A stretch of 64,000 nt of DNA, from positions 22,149 to 86,148 of the forward strand of contig JAKSQT010000002.1 in the NCBI GenBank assembly GCA_024403995.1, given 5' to 3'. This stretch comes from Ruminococcus sp. (GTDB lineage: Bacteria > Bacillota > Clostridia > Oscillospirales > Ruminococcaceae). A program made the position numbers and the translations under genes. Under the pieces are notes generated by a model that was not told the DNA's origin, made no database searches, and was given only the letters and a program-made list of their open reading frames with translations. Shown here piece after piece: positions 48,561-60,193 of this stretch; the stretch's first letter is position 1; each line of letters begins with the position of its first letter.

Positions 48561-49904
48561 ATGGTTGAGCTTGAAATTGGTCAGGAAGTTGAAATGGAAT
48601 TCGGCGGATCGGCTCAGGTTTTAAGTGTTATCGGCAGCGGCGGTCAGGGTACTGTTTACCTCGTCAGGTTCAACGGTATGAAATGGGCGCTCAAATGGTA
48701 CGATATCGATAAGATGAAAAACCCGAAAGCTTTCCGCAAGAACATCGAGACCAACATTAACGACGGCCCGCCGAGCAATAAGTTCCTCTGGCCGAAATAT
48801 CTTACAAAAGAAATGCCGGACGGAACATTCGGCTACATTATGGAACTGAAACCCGACGGATTTGATTCGTTCGTGGATATTCTTAATACCTATAAGCTGG
48901 AAATTGACCCGCTTACAGGTCATGCAGTAAAAAGAGACATAAGATTTACAAGTCTCACTGCAATGATCACTGCTGTTATTAACATTGTTAACGCTTTCAG
49001 ACAGCTCCACCGTGCAGGAAAGAGCTATCAGGACCTTAACGACGGCGGTTTCTTCATAAACGTAAATACCGGTGCTGTTCTCGTCTGCGACTGTGATAAT
49101 ATCGCTCCTGACGGAAGCAACTTCGGAATCGGAGGAAAGCCGGGCTATATGGCTCCTGAAATTGTAAGAGGCATCGCACAGCCAAACGTTCAGACCGATA
49201 AATATTCCCTCGCAGTCGTTCTCTTTAAACTGCTTTTCAGAGGCGATCCGATGGAGGGCGAAAAGGTCGTAAGAGACGTTTGCCTCACAGAAGCTTCAGA
49301 ACTAAAACACTACGGTCAGAACGCAGTCTTTGTCTATGACCCGAACAACGCTTCAAACAGACCTGTCAGAGGAATCCATGACAATGTCATCAAGTTCTGG
49401 AGAATCTATCCCGATTATATCAAGGACGCTTTCATACGCTCCTTTACCGTTGGTATCGATGAGCCGTCAAAGCGTATCATAGAGAATGAATGGCAGAAGA
49501 TGTTCATTCGTCTCCGCTCTGAAATTATCATGTGCGGCTGCGGAAGAACAAACTTCACTTCAATGTTCGCCCAGCCGACAGAAAAGACATTCAAGTGCCC
49601 GAAATGCGGCATGGAATTCACTTCACTCGGTTTCAGCAACAGAGAGTCAAGAATGCCGTTATTCCTCGGATGCAAATTCTATGACTGTGAAATAACTCCC
49701 GAATCAGACGACTTCACAACAGTCGCCGGAGAACTTGTTGAAAATAAACTCAAGGCAGGTATGCTCGGCATTAAGAACTGCTCGGAAAGAACATGGAAGG
49801 CTAAAATGCCGGACGGTGAATTTTATGACATCACTCCGGGCAAGGGCTTCCCGATCTGGCAGGGACTTGAAATTGATTTCGGTGCAATCAAAGCTCAGAT
49901 GTGA
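48561..49904 (+). CDS. TerY-P-type Ser/Thr protein kinase with C-terminal Zn ribbon
   Basis: IGSGGQGTVY, ALKWY, YQDLNDGG, CDCDN, GKPGYMAPE, TDKYSLA; CGCG..CPKC. Confidence 0.88.
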   Translation: MVELEIGQEVEMEFGGSAQVLSVIGSGGQGTVYLVRFNGMKWALKWYDIDKMKNPKAFRKNIETNINDGPPSNKFLWPKYLTKEMPDGTFGYIMELKPDGFDSFVDILNTYKLEIDPLTGHAVKRDIRFTSLTAMITAVINIVNAFRQLHRAGKSYQDLNDGGFFINVNTGAVLVCDCDNIAPDGSNFGIGGKPGYMAPEIVRGIAQPNVQTDKYSLAVVLFKLLFRGDPMEGEKVVRDVCLTEASELKHYGQNAVFVYDPNNASNRPVRGIHDNVIKFWRIYPDYIKDAFIRSFTVGIDEPSKRIIENEWQKMFIRLRSEIIMCGCGRTNFTSMFAQPTEKTFKCPKCGMEFTSLGFSNRESRMPLFLGCKFYDCEITPESDDFTTVAGELVENKLKAGMLGIKNCSERTWKAKMPDGEFYDITPGKGFPIWQGLEIDFGAIKAQM

Positions 49905-49976
49905 GCAGACATTATTTGATATTCACAAGATACAGCATTGTGTTACACAGCAATATACTGAAAGGAAGTATTATTT

Positions 49977-50831
49977 ATGAGCAATGAAATGATTACAGAT
50001 GCTGCAAAAGAAGCTATGGACGGTTTTGAGCCGGCTGAATCAGCTAATGAGAAAAAGCAGATGGACAATATGCTCGATTTTGATGACGATCCCCTCAGCG
50101 CAACGGGCGTTTCAAGAAAGAGTCTCGTAATCTTCTTCCTGATCGATACATCAGGTAGTATGAAGGGTAAAAAAATGGGTGAGCTTAATACCGTTATGGA
50201 GGAGCTTATCCCTGAGATCCGTAAGGTAGGCGAAGCAGATACCGAAGTTAAGGTAGCTGTTCTTACCTTCTCAACAGACGTTAAATGGATGTACTCAACT
50301 CCTATCCCGATAGAGGACTTCGAGTGGGCACGACTCAGAGCTAACGGCGTTACAAGCATGGGCGCTGCATTCAAGGAACTTAACCTCAGAATGTCAAGAA
50401 ACAGCTTCCTCAATTCGCCTTCACTCTCTTTCGCTCCTGTTATCTTCCTCATGACAGACGGTTATCCGTCAGATGACTATAAGGAAGGTCTCAAGGAACT
50501 CCAGGCCAACAGCTGGTATAAGTTCGGTCTTAAAGCTGCACTCGGTATCGGCAATGAGGCTAATGACGACGTTCTTGCAGAATTCACAGGTTCTGCCGAT
50601 ACAGTTGTTCACGCTTATTCAGGCGGACAGCTCGCTCAGATGATCAAGATCATCGCTGTTACATCTTCACAGATAGGCAGTAAGAGTATGACTCTTTCCG
50701 ACGACTCCGGCAGAGAGATCGGCGAGGAGGACGTTTTCGCAGCCAAGCAGAAACTCCTCGGTCAGCAGATTCAGGAGCTTGTCGGCAGCAAGGTAGAAGC
50801 TAACGACGTTCCTTTCGATACAGGCTGGTAA
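49977..50831 (+). CDS. TerY-like vWA domain protein
   Basis: MIDAS residues LIDTSGSM, GVTSMG, FLMTDG. Confidence 0.9.
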   Translation: MSNEMITDAAKEAMDGFEPAESANEKKQMDNMLDFDDDPLSATGVSRKSLVIFFLIDTSGSMKGKKMGELNTVMEELIPEIRKVGEADTEVKVAVLTFSTDVKWMYSTPIPIEDFEWARLRANGVTSMGAAFKELNLRMSRNSFLNSPSLSFAPVIFLMTDGYPSDDYKEGLKELQANSWYKFGLKAALGIGNEANDDVLAEFTGSADTVVHAYSGGQLAQMIKIIAVTSSQIGSKSMTLSDDSGREIGEEDVFAAKQKLLGQQIQELVGSKVEANDVPFDTGW

Positions 50832-50897
50832 TCCGTTTCCGGATATCCCCGGAACTGCGGAAATCAGTAATTTTATCGGAAGGAGGTCGGAGTTAAT

Positions 50898-51809
50898 ATG
50901 TTTAATGGTTTCAGTCACTCAGTAATGGGTGCAAGCCACGAAAAAACAGGTCTTGTATGTCAGGATAATTCATCATTCAAGGTCTGTGACAACTATGCTG
51001 TGGCTGTCGTTGCCGACGGTCACGGAAGCAAAAAGCATTTCAGAAGCCATTTAGGCTCTAAATATGCGGTTGAATCAACAATTGAAGCAATCGACAGATA
51101 TTATGAGAATACAGAGGATTTTGAAGAAAATTTTCCGAAAAATTACAAGATGATTCTCAGAAATATCGAAAAACAGATTATCTCCAACTGGAACAAAAAG
51201 GTTGAAAAACACCTTGAGGAAAACCCTGTCACTGATGAGGAAAAATCCAAATTCACTGAAGAGGAGTTTGAAAAAATACCGCCAGAATCCTATTACGGCT
51301 CAACACTTATAGCTGCTGTCACAAGCAAGAAATTTACATTCGGCGTTCAGATAGGCGACGGAAGTCTCGTTGCTCTTTTCGAGGACGGAAAAGCTGTAAT
51401 GCCGATGGAATATAATGAATCAGCACCTGCAAACGTTACAGCTTCGATCTGCAACTCAAATGCGGCAGGTATGTTCAGCAGCTTCTTTACCGACAAGAAA
51501 AAGCTTATTGCTCTGTTCGCATCCACCGACGGTTTGTATACGTCCTTCGGAAGTGAATACGATTTTCTTGATTATCATACAATTATTACAAGCCAGCTTA
51601 CTAATATTGAAGCGTTCAAGCAGATTATCGTGAATAATCTCACTAAGAGATCCCATTTCGGTACAGAAGACGATATTTCGCTTTCCTGCGTTTTCAATCA
51701 GGAAATCCTCGACAGCAGCATCGATATCATCAAAAATGCCGTTGAGGACAATAAGAAACGTGCAGCAGACAGACGTGCTGAACTGCTTACAAAACAAGTT
51801 GATATCTGA
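50898..51809 (+). CDS. PP2C-like phosphatase (TerY-P triad)
   Basis: GASH...CQD, VADGHGS, QIGDG, STDG, EDDIS. Confidence 0.9.
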   Translation: MFNGFSHSVMGASHEKTGLVCQDNSSFKVCDNYAVAVVADGHGSKKHFRSHLGSKYAVESTIEAIDRYYENTEDFEENFPKNYKMILRNIEKQIISNWNKKVEKHLEENPVTDEEKSKFTEEEFEKIPPESYYGSTLIAAVTSKKFTFGVQIGDGSLVALFEDGKAVMPMEYNESAPANVTASICNSNAAGMFSSFFTDKKKLIALFASTDGLYTSFGSEYDFLDYHTIITSQLTNIEAFKQIIVNNLTKRSHFGTEDDISLSCVFNQEILDSSIDIIKNAVEDNKKRAADRRAELLTKQVDI

Positions 51810-51852
51810 GATCGGCATTTTTACCGCACGATGTGCTGAAAGCGCATGGTAG

Positions 51853-53133
<1,281 letters not shown>

Positions 53134-53541
53134 TATTTTCAAAGGAATTTCGGATTTTCCCACAGAGGTAAAGCAATTGCCCACATCGGCGATTCAGTCT
53201 GTATTACGGCAAAAAGCTCATAATCTCATAGCTCTGAAATAGCAGGGAAATAATAAAAACTATATTTATAATTATATCGGCTTTGTCATGCTGTAGCTAA
53301 AATGCACAAAAATGCATCGGCTATATGACAGAATGTACAGATATTATCAAAAATCAGCTTTTGTATTGCTTTTTCTGAATTGATATGATATAATTATTAT
53401 GATAAGTTTGAATATCAGTCAGTTTAATCTGAGACCTGTATCAAAGGCAATGCAGTCATAGTGATCATTGTATTGCTTTAGGTGATTCTGTATTGTCCGA
53501 AAATTAAAAGCACTGTTTTATAATTTTTACATGTCAAGGAA

Positions 53542-54084
53542 GTGTTAGTTATGACTTATTTGCTCAATATTGATGAGGCAATAGATAGAAAGTTTCTTGT
53601 CTCTAAAAACCTGAAGGGGCAGACTGAAGCGGGAAATATTATTCACGTTATGGATGCTGAAAATACTTCCGATTCTGTACAGGTTACATATCGTGTGTCC
53701 CACTATAACGAAAAGTATCATGATTATCAGGACTATACTGTGAAATTCGATAACGTTGCACAGTTCTGTAAATGGGCACAGCCTGATAATTTTATCGCCC
53801 GTAATTATGAAAGCCTTTCGATCAAGGATATCCAGCACTATATCAAGATAAAGAACAGAACTTTTGTAAGCTTTTGCCTTCCTGTGATAATTGCTGCTGC
53901 TGTTTTATTCTTTGCTATCGGACTCCTTGCAATCCCAAATAAGGTTATCGGCGGTATTATTGCTGCTGCTCTTACTCTGGGTGTTGCTATCTTCATTTTC
54001 AGTTTCTTCAGAAAGCAGAAGAAACAAGAGAAAATGCGGCTTTACAGTAAGATTAGTTCCGGTTGGGGCGTAGTTATAGAATAA
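53542..54084 (+). CDS. Hypothetical membrane protein (two C-terminal TM helices)
   Basis: Soluble N-domain, TM hairpin and basic tail; start may be 53551. Confidence 0.7.
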   Translation: MLVMTYLLNIDEAIDRKFLVSKNLKGQTEAGNIIHVMDAENTSDSVQVTYRVSHYNEKYHDYQDYTVKFDNVAQFCKWAQPDNFIARNYESLSIKDIQHYIKIKNRTFVSFCLPVIIAAAVLFFAIGLLAIPNKVIGGIIAAALTLGVAIFIFSFFRKQKKQEKMRLYSKISSGWGVVIE

Positions 54085-54145
54085 GGTTTATTTGTGCCAT
54101 ACATTTGCATCGCATTTGTATGGCACTTAATTTTTGGAGGTTTCA

Positions 54146-55543
54146 ATGTTAGCTCAGCTCAAAACAAAATATATTGGTGACAAAAGGCTCTACAGGCGTG
54201 TTCTGCTGATGGTCGTGCCTATGATACTGCAAAGCATGATAACCGATTTCGTCAGCCTTGTGGATAATATCATGGTAGGACGTGTCGGCACAGAGGAAAT
54301 GAGCGGCGTTGCAATTGCAAATCAGTTTGTCTATATTGTAACGATCTCGCTATTCGGCGCTGTTTCCGGACCCGGAATTTTCGGCGCACAGTTTTTCGGA
54401 AAAGGGGACAGTGAAGGTCAGAAGCAGACTTTCCGTTTCCGTTTGCTTATTTGTACGGCGATTTCAGCGCTTGCAATGATTATTTTCAGCATATGGGACA
54501 CAGAACTGCTGTCCTTATTCCTTAGCGGAGACGATGCGCCCGAAAAAGTTGCGGAAACTCTTGAATTTGGCAGAAAATACATGAGGATCATGCTGATATC
54601 GTTCATTCCGTTCGGCATAGGTCAGGCCTATTCAAGCGTACTCTGCGAGTGCGGATATACAAAAGTGCCGCTGATCGGCGCACTTTCGGCTGTCGGTATA
54701 AATATTTTCCTCGATTATGTCCTGATTTTCGGAAAATTCGGTATGCCGAAAATGGGTGTCGAGGGTGCGGCAATTGCCACGGTCATCTCAAAATGCATTC
54801 AGACTATTGTCAAAGTCGTCTGGACACATACTCACCTTGATATGAACAAGTATGCACAGGGGCTTTTCAAAGGCTTCTATATTCAGCCGAAACTCTGCGG
54901 AAATATTATCAAGCGAGGTTTTCCGCTGCTGATGAACGAATTTCTGTGGGTCGCAGGTATGTCGCTTATCATGCAGTGCTACTCGGTGCGTGGACTTGAT
55001 GTAATCGCCGCCCGAAATATCTCAACTACGATAACAAATCTTTTTAACGAGGTCTATATTCAGACAGGTGCGTGCATAGCGATTATCGTCGGCGGAAAAC
55101 TCGGCGCAAACAAGCTTGAAGAAGCCCGTGATACCGATAATAAGCTGCTGTTTCTTAGTGCTGCGGCGGCTGCGGGAGTTAGTATAATCATGCTGCCGTT
55201 TGCAGCGTTTTTCCCTGATATCTATAATACAGAGCAGAATATCAAGGACATTGCAGGCTTTATGATACTCATTCAGGCGCTTGCAATGCCGATCTGGGCG
55301 TATGTCAATGCTTGCTATTTCACACTCAGAAGCGGTGGAAAGACAGGCATAACATTTATGTTTGACTTCGGCTTTGTATGGCTTTTCATGCTGCCGCTTG
55401 CATTCATTCTTTCTCGTTTTACAAGTCTTAGTATTTATGTTCTGTTTCCGATTGTAACATTTTCCGAAATAATCAAGGCTGTTATAGGATATTTTCTTGT
55501 CAGAAGCAATTTATGGATAAATAATATTGTAAACAAAATATAA
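54146..55543 (+). CDS. MATE family efflux transporter
   Basis: DNIMVGRVG, GAQFFGKGD, LIFGKFGMPKMGVEGAAIAT. Confidence 0.92.
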   Translation: MLAQLKTKYIGDKRLYRRVLLMVVPMILQSMITDFVSLVDNIMVGRVGTEEMSGVAIANQFVYIVTISLFGAVSGPGIFGAQFFGKGDSEGQKQTFRFRLLICTAISALAMIIFSIWDTELLSLFLSGDDAPEKVAETLEFGRKYMRIMLISFIPFGIGQAYSSVLCECGYTKVPLIGALSAVGINIFLDYVLIFGKFGMPKMGVEGAAIATVISKCIQTIVKVVWTHTHLDMNKYAQGLFKGFYIQPKLCGNIIKRGFPLLMNEFLWVAGMSLIMQCYSVRGLDVIAARNISTTITNLFNEVYIQTGACIAIIVGGKLGANKLEEARDTDNKLLFLSAAAAAGVSIIMLPFAAFFPDIYNTEQNIKDIAGFMILIQALAMPIWAYVNACYFTLRSGGKTGITFMFDFGFVWLFMLPLAFILSRFTSLSIYVLFPIVTFSEIIKAVIGYFLVRSNLWINNIVNKI

Positions 55544-55844
55544 ACTTTTACGTGTTTGCCAATGGTAAACACGTTTATTTTTTACACCTTTTCTGTGCTT
55601 TGTGAGTTGACAAAATAGTTTAATTTATTATTTAATCTACAGACTGTAAAGACGTTGTGCAGGTTTAATACTTGAAGAATATATTACAGTTGGATTTTAT
55701 ATGATCAGCGCAAGAAATGGTCGACATTTTCAAATCATGACAATTTATGACAAGTAATCCGATTTCTGTTAATGCTGTTAGTAAAATATTCAAACAATAT
55801 TCTGAAGAAAGTTAATATAATTGTTATATATATATTCAACAGTT

Positions 55845-55889
55845 TTAAGGTGGCTTTAAGACTATTTTAAGGAAAGATTAATATAATAT
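55845..55889 (+). promoter_or_regulatory. Triple TTAAG direct repeat (11-bp period) plus -10 box
   Basis: ttaag at 55845, 55856 and 55867; contains the same 16-mer as 21064. Confidence 0.6.
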
Positions 55890-55975
55890 AATCATTATAA
55901 CAGCCGCAGTTCAGACCTGCAATTCTGATACTGATTTATTGATGGAAAAGGCTGTAATTTATCGGAGGAATTTAT

Positions 55976-57742
55976 ATGAAGAAAAAATTAATGAGAACTC
56001 TACTCACGGGTATGATCTCTACGTGTGTTATCGGTACAGGTATTATCGCCGGTACGATGACTGCATCCGCTGCTGATGCTGACGGAGACTATATTGGTAA
56101 ATTTGCTGATATGGGCGATGCAAACTGCGATGGCAAAGTTAATCTTGCCGATGCTGTAATCATCATGCAGTCACTTGTAAATGCACCTAAATATGGCATT
56201 AATGGTACAGATGCTTCCCACCTTACTGCCAATGGCGCTGCTAACGCTGACGTTTGTGAACGTGGCAACGGTCTTACAAACGCCGATGCTCTTTCAATTC
56301 AGAAGAAACTTCTTGATCTGATACAGACATTCCCGGAGTCGCTTGCCGCAGATTATGAAGAAAAAAATGCTGCACCACAGACAACAACTACTACACTGCC
56401 TGAAACTACAACAACTACTACCACAACAGCTCCGGAAACTACTACAACGACTACAGAGTCAACCACTACTACTACCGAGTCAACAACAACTACTACTACA
56501 ACCACTACAACCACTACTACCACAACAGAGTCTACTACTACAACTACAACCACTACTTCAAAGCCTGTTGGTCAGAAGATCACACCTACTGAATATATGG
56601 CTGCTGTAAAGGCAAACTTCAATTCAAATGTCCCGGCTGATGTTAAGCAGGGCGACAGCGGCACAACAACAAAGATTACATATTACTCAAAGAAGGCTCA
56701 GAGAGATAAGCCGGCAAACGTTTGGCTCCCTCCGAACTATTCACAGAATGAAAAGTACCCTGTAGTATACATGAACCACGGCGTAATGGGTGGCGAAGGT
56801 GATATGCTTAACGGCTGGAGTATCCGTGAAATGGCTTCAAACCTCATCAAGAAGGGCGAAGTTAAGCCGTTTATCATCGTATTTACACAGATGTATACCG
56901 ATCCTAAGTCGGCAACCTGTTCAGGTATCACTCAGGAAGGCATGGATCGCTATGATGACTTCCTCTACGACCTCACAGAAAGCCTTATGCCTTATATGGC
57001 TGAACACTATTCAGTTGCTGAAGGCAGAGAAAATACCGCTATCGCAGGCTTCTCAATGGGCGGACGTGAGTCACTCTATATCGGTGTCATGGCTGCTGAC
57101 AAGATAGGTTATGTATGTGCTTCTTCACCTGCACCGGGCGCTGTTCCTGGACAGGATATGTTCCTTAACCACCGTGGAAGCTTGTCTGAGAGCGAATTCA
57201 AGTTCAGTGAACCCAATATCCCGTATCTCCTTATGATAGGCGGCGGTACAAACGATAACGTTGTAGGTACATTCCCGAAGCAGTATTCCGAACTCCTTAA
57301 AAAGAACGGAAATGACAATATCTGGTTTGAAGTTCCGGGCGCAGGACATGATGCCGGCGTTGGTACACCTCTGTTCTACAACTTCTTCCGCAATCTCTTC
57401 AAGACAGAAGGCGGATTTGCTGAAGGCGGCGGAAATCTTGGTTCAAACACAGGCGCAACTACTGGTGGTGACCAAGGCGGCTGGAACATGGGCGGCGACC
57501 AGGGTGGCTGGAACTTCGGCGACCAAGGCGGCTGGAACATGGGCGGTGACCAGGGCGGCTGGAACTTCGGCGACCAGGGTGGCTGGAACATGGGCGGCGA
57601 CCAGGGCGGCTTCAATTTCGGTGATATGGGCGGCTTTGACTGGAGTGCTATGGGCGGTCAAGGCGGCGACATGGGCGGCTTTGACTGGAGTGCTTTCGGC
57701 GGTCAGGGCGGCGATATGGGCGGCTGGAACTTCGGCGGCTGA
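55976..57742 (+). CDS. Cellulosomal CE1 (feruloyl/acetyl esterase-like) enzyme: dockerin, Thr linker, esterase, Gly/Trp repeat tail
   Basis: GDANCDGKVNLADAV dockerin; poly-T linker; VWLPPNY, AIAGFSMGG nucleophile elbow, GAGHD. Confidence 0.88.
   Translation: MKKKLMRTLLTGMISTCVIGTGIIAGTMTASAADADGDYIGKFADMGDANCDGKVNLADAVIIMQSLVNAPKYGINGTDASHLTANGAANADVCERGNGLTNADALSIQKKLLDLIQTFPESLAADYEEKNAAPQTTTTTLPETTTTTTTTAPETTTTTTESTTTTTESTTTTTTTTTTTTTTTESTTTTTTTTSKPVGQKITPTEYMAAVKANFNSNVPADVKQGDSGTTTKITYYSKKAQRDKPANVWLPPNYSQNEKYPVVYMNHGVMGGEGDMLNGWSIREMASNLIKKGEVKPFIIVFTQMYTDPKSATCSGITQEGMDRYDDFLYDLTESLMPYMAEHYSVAEGRENTAIAGFSMGGRESLYIGVMAADKIGYVCASSPAPGAVPGQDMFLNHRGSLSESEFKFSEPNIPYLLMIGGGTNDNVVGTFPKQYSELLKKNGNDNIWFEVPGAGHDAGVGTPLFYNFFRNLFKTEGGFAEGGGNLGSNTGATTGGDQGGWNMGGDQGGWNFGDQGGWNMGGDQGGWNFGDQGGWNMGGDQGGFNFGDMGGFDWSAMGGQGGDMGGFDWSAFGGQGGDMGGWNFGG
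57463..57739 (+). repeat. Coding repeat GGDQGGWN(M/F)
   Basis: 24-27-bp units repeated in frame. Confidence 0.9.
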
Positions 57743-57819
57743 TATGCCTGTTTATCCAAGAAAACTTCATTACGTAAAGTCTTTCTTCAAAATATAAAGA
57801 AATGCTTCCTATAATACTC

Positions 57820-57851
57820 GGGGACAGTTTGCAGGCTGTCCCCATTTTTTT
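57820..57851 (+). terminator. Esterase gene terminator
   Basis: ggggacagtt-tgca-ggctgtcccc followed by a T-run. Confidence 0.85.
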
Positions 57852-57860
57852 GTCTCTGAG

Positions 57861-58076
57861 CGAGCGCAGCATGACTGCCTACGGAGTGGATGTTCCAGGG
57901 GAACACTTCTATCAGAAGTCCCCTGAGACAATAGGTGAGACCGCATTCCGTGCGTCTGTGTCACAACAATACAATATCATGAAATGATTGTAGTGGGTGT
58001 GTGTCCTGTGTACACTTCTGCAACGCATAAGCACCGACAGAGCCTACAGGTGAGAACGATCATTGTTAGCTCGTGG
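57861..58076. ncRNA. Candidate highly structured ncRNA
   Basis: Terminal pairing cgagc/gctcg, several internal hairpins, duplicated short motifs, minus-strand TTCATA-18-TATATT just outside one end. Confidence 0.4.
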
Positions 58077-58212
58077 ATTACAATATAACCATATTTCACA
58101 ATTTGTATGAATAGAACTTACAATGCTGACTAAAGGCAAGAGAAAAAGGGTTGAGGGAAGGGAGAGTTTATAGTGGGATAACGCTAAGTCTGCGCCCACA
58201 GTCATATAAAAT

Positions 58213-58245
58213 AAAGAGGCTTCCCGATAAACAGGAAGCCTCTTT
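58213..58245 (-). terminator. Terminator of the xylose operon
   Basis: aaagaggcttcc/ggaagcctcttt hairpin. Confidence 0.8.
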
Positions 58246-58280
58246 ACATTTAAGGTGGAAAAAGTGTGATAAATTCTTAA

Positions 58281-59132
58281 TTATCCCTTTACACCGCCAA
58301 GTGCAACACCGGCAATGATGTACTTCGACAACAGGAAGTAAACCACCAACAGCGGCAGTACGGTGAGGAAAAGTCCGAGATATACAACACCGAACTCGGT
58401 TTTGTAAATATCTCCGTTAAGCAAGCTTACCATCATAGGCATCGTATACTTTTCGTTCTTAGTAATGATGATCGATGGAAGGAACAGGTTGTTCCAGCTT
58501 GATACGAATGCGAAGATTGCCTGTGTAGCCATTGCAGGCTTCATCATTGGCAGTACTATCTGATTGAAAATTCTGAATTCGCCTGCACCGTCGATTCTTG
58601 CCGACTGTAATATTTCCATCGGCAATGACGGTATCATGTATTGTCGCATGAAGAATACCGTCGTCGGTGATGCAATTGCAGGAAGAATAAGTGAAAGGTA
58701 GTTGTTTGTCATACCGATCTTATAAATGAACTGGTAGAAACCGATACTTGTTACCTGTGCAGGTATCATAAGTACGCACATGATAAGTGTGAAGAACGGC
58801 TGCTTGAGTTTCCAGTCATATGCAACGATAGCAAAAGCTGTCATTGTTGAGAAGTAGATCGTACAGGCTGTTACACCAACTGAAACGATAAGTGAGTTGA
58901 TGAAACCCTTTAAAGGATTGAATGTAGCGCTTGTCAGATACTCAAAGTTTGCTTTGAGATACTTTGACGGAATAAGCGATACAGCGTGTGCCTGAATCTC
59001 TGTGGTACTTCTTGTAGCATTAACAAACATGATTACGAATGGGAGTAAACTTAATAATGCGAGAAGAATACAGAATGTGTAAGCCACAATAAGGAAAATT
59101 GTATTTGCGGCATTTTTCTTTCTTACAGCCAT
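58281..59132 (-). CDS. Carbohydrate ABC transporter permease (MalG-like)
   Basis: SARIDGAGEFRIF EAA loop, SWNNLFLP. Confidence 0.92.
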   Translation of the reverse strand: MAVRKKNAANTIFLIVAYTFCILLALLSLLPFVIMFVNATRSTTEIQAHAVSLIPSKYLKANFEYLTSATFNPLKGFINSLIVSVGVTACTIYFSTMTAFAIVAYDWKLKQPFFTLIMCVLMIPAQVTSIGFYQFIYKIGMTNNYLSLILPAIASPTTVFFMRQYMIPSLPMEILQSARIDGAGEFRIFNQIVLPMMKPAMATQAIFAFVSSWNNLFLPSIIITKNEKYTMPMMVSLLNGDIYKTEFGVVYLGLFLTVLPLLVVYFLLSKYIIAGVALGGVKG

Positions 59133-60115
59133 TTCTGTCCTCCTTCTGAAGCAAGCTTCTGCATTTTCTTAGCCTGTTTGATCTCTTTCTTGAGCTTCTG
59201 TTCGTCCTTATCACGCATGATATAGAACAGAACAGCAGAACAGATAGAAATGATGACAAACATGACCATACTTGCAGCAGCAGCTTTGTTATACATATAG
59301 CTTCCGCTGAACGCCTGATTATAGATGAATACGCTGGTTGTAAGCGTAGCGTTGTCAGGGCCGCCGTTCAGATAGAGCTTAGGAATGTCGTACATATTAA
59401 GACCGCCTACGAGAGATGTAACAAGTGTGTAGAGCAGTACAGTTTTAAGATTAGGAATTGTAATCTTAAAGAAGGTCTGGACACCGTTTGCGCCGTCAAT
59501 TTCAGCAGCCTCATAAATGTCAGGGCTGATGCCGAGTACGCCTGAAATGAGTACGATCATAGTATTTCCGTACCATGTCCAGAACTGGATAAATGCAACT
59601 ATAATTCTTGATGCGCTTTTGTCAACAAGAAATTTGTAAGCTGAGTCTCTTAAACCGAGTGAAACGAGAATATCGTTTACAGGGCCGATAGGATAGCTGA
59701 AAAATGCATTGAAAAGAATTGCAATTGTTGCAGCTGTAATAATGTTAGGCATATAGAAGACAACTTTAAAGAAGCCTTTGCCTTTGATTTCGTTACTGCG
59801 TGATGTGAACCATGCAGTGAGAAGAAGTGCGATACAGATCTGTGGAATGAAGTTCATGAGCCAGATCGCAACAGTGTTTTTAAGTGAAACCTTGAATGAA
59901 TTGTTGTTAAAGACATTTTTGAAATTTTCAAATGGATGGTCAAGAATCTGCCAAGATGTGTTTCCAAGACCTTTACAGTCTGTGAAACCGAGTAATGCAG
60001 TGTAAATGGTAGGATACAGCGAAAAAATCAGAAAAGTCACAATAAAAGGTATACTGAAAAGGTATCCGTATTTAGAATAGCTGATACCCTTGAGCTGTTT
60101 TTTTGGCAAAGCCAA
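59123..60115 (-). CDS. Carbohydrate ABC transporter permease (MalF-like)
   Basis: IYEAAEIDGA EAA loop, ITIPNLK. Confidence 0.92.
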   Translation of the reverse strand: MALPKKQLKGISYSKYGYLFSIPFIVTFLIFSLYPTIYTALLGFTDCKGLGNTSWQILDHPFENFKNVFNNNSFKVSLKNTVAIWLMNFIPQICIALLLTAWFTSRSNEIKGKGFFKVVFYMPNIITAATIAILFNAFFSYPIGPVNDILVSLGLRDSAYKFLVDKSASRIIVAFIQFWTWYGNTMIVLISGVLGISPDIYEAAEIDGANGVQTFFKITIPNLKTVLLYTLVTSLVGGLNMYDIPKLYLNGGPDNATLTTSVFIYNQAFSGSYMYNKAAAASMVMFVIISICSAVLFYIMRDKDEQKLKKEIKQAKKMQKLASEGGQKWL

Positions 60116-60193
60116 AACCTCCTTTGCATCTGTTTATTCAGGAAGGGGAGAGATCAACTCTCCCCATACCCTGAAAAACTACTCGATTATAAT

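Noticed and set aside
56381-56557. ACN-rich tandem repeat and antisense poly-Val ORF (56353-56553)
   Set aside because: Ordinary Thr-rich linker of a cellulosomal enzyme; the antisense ORF is its shadow
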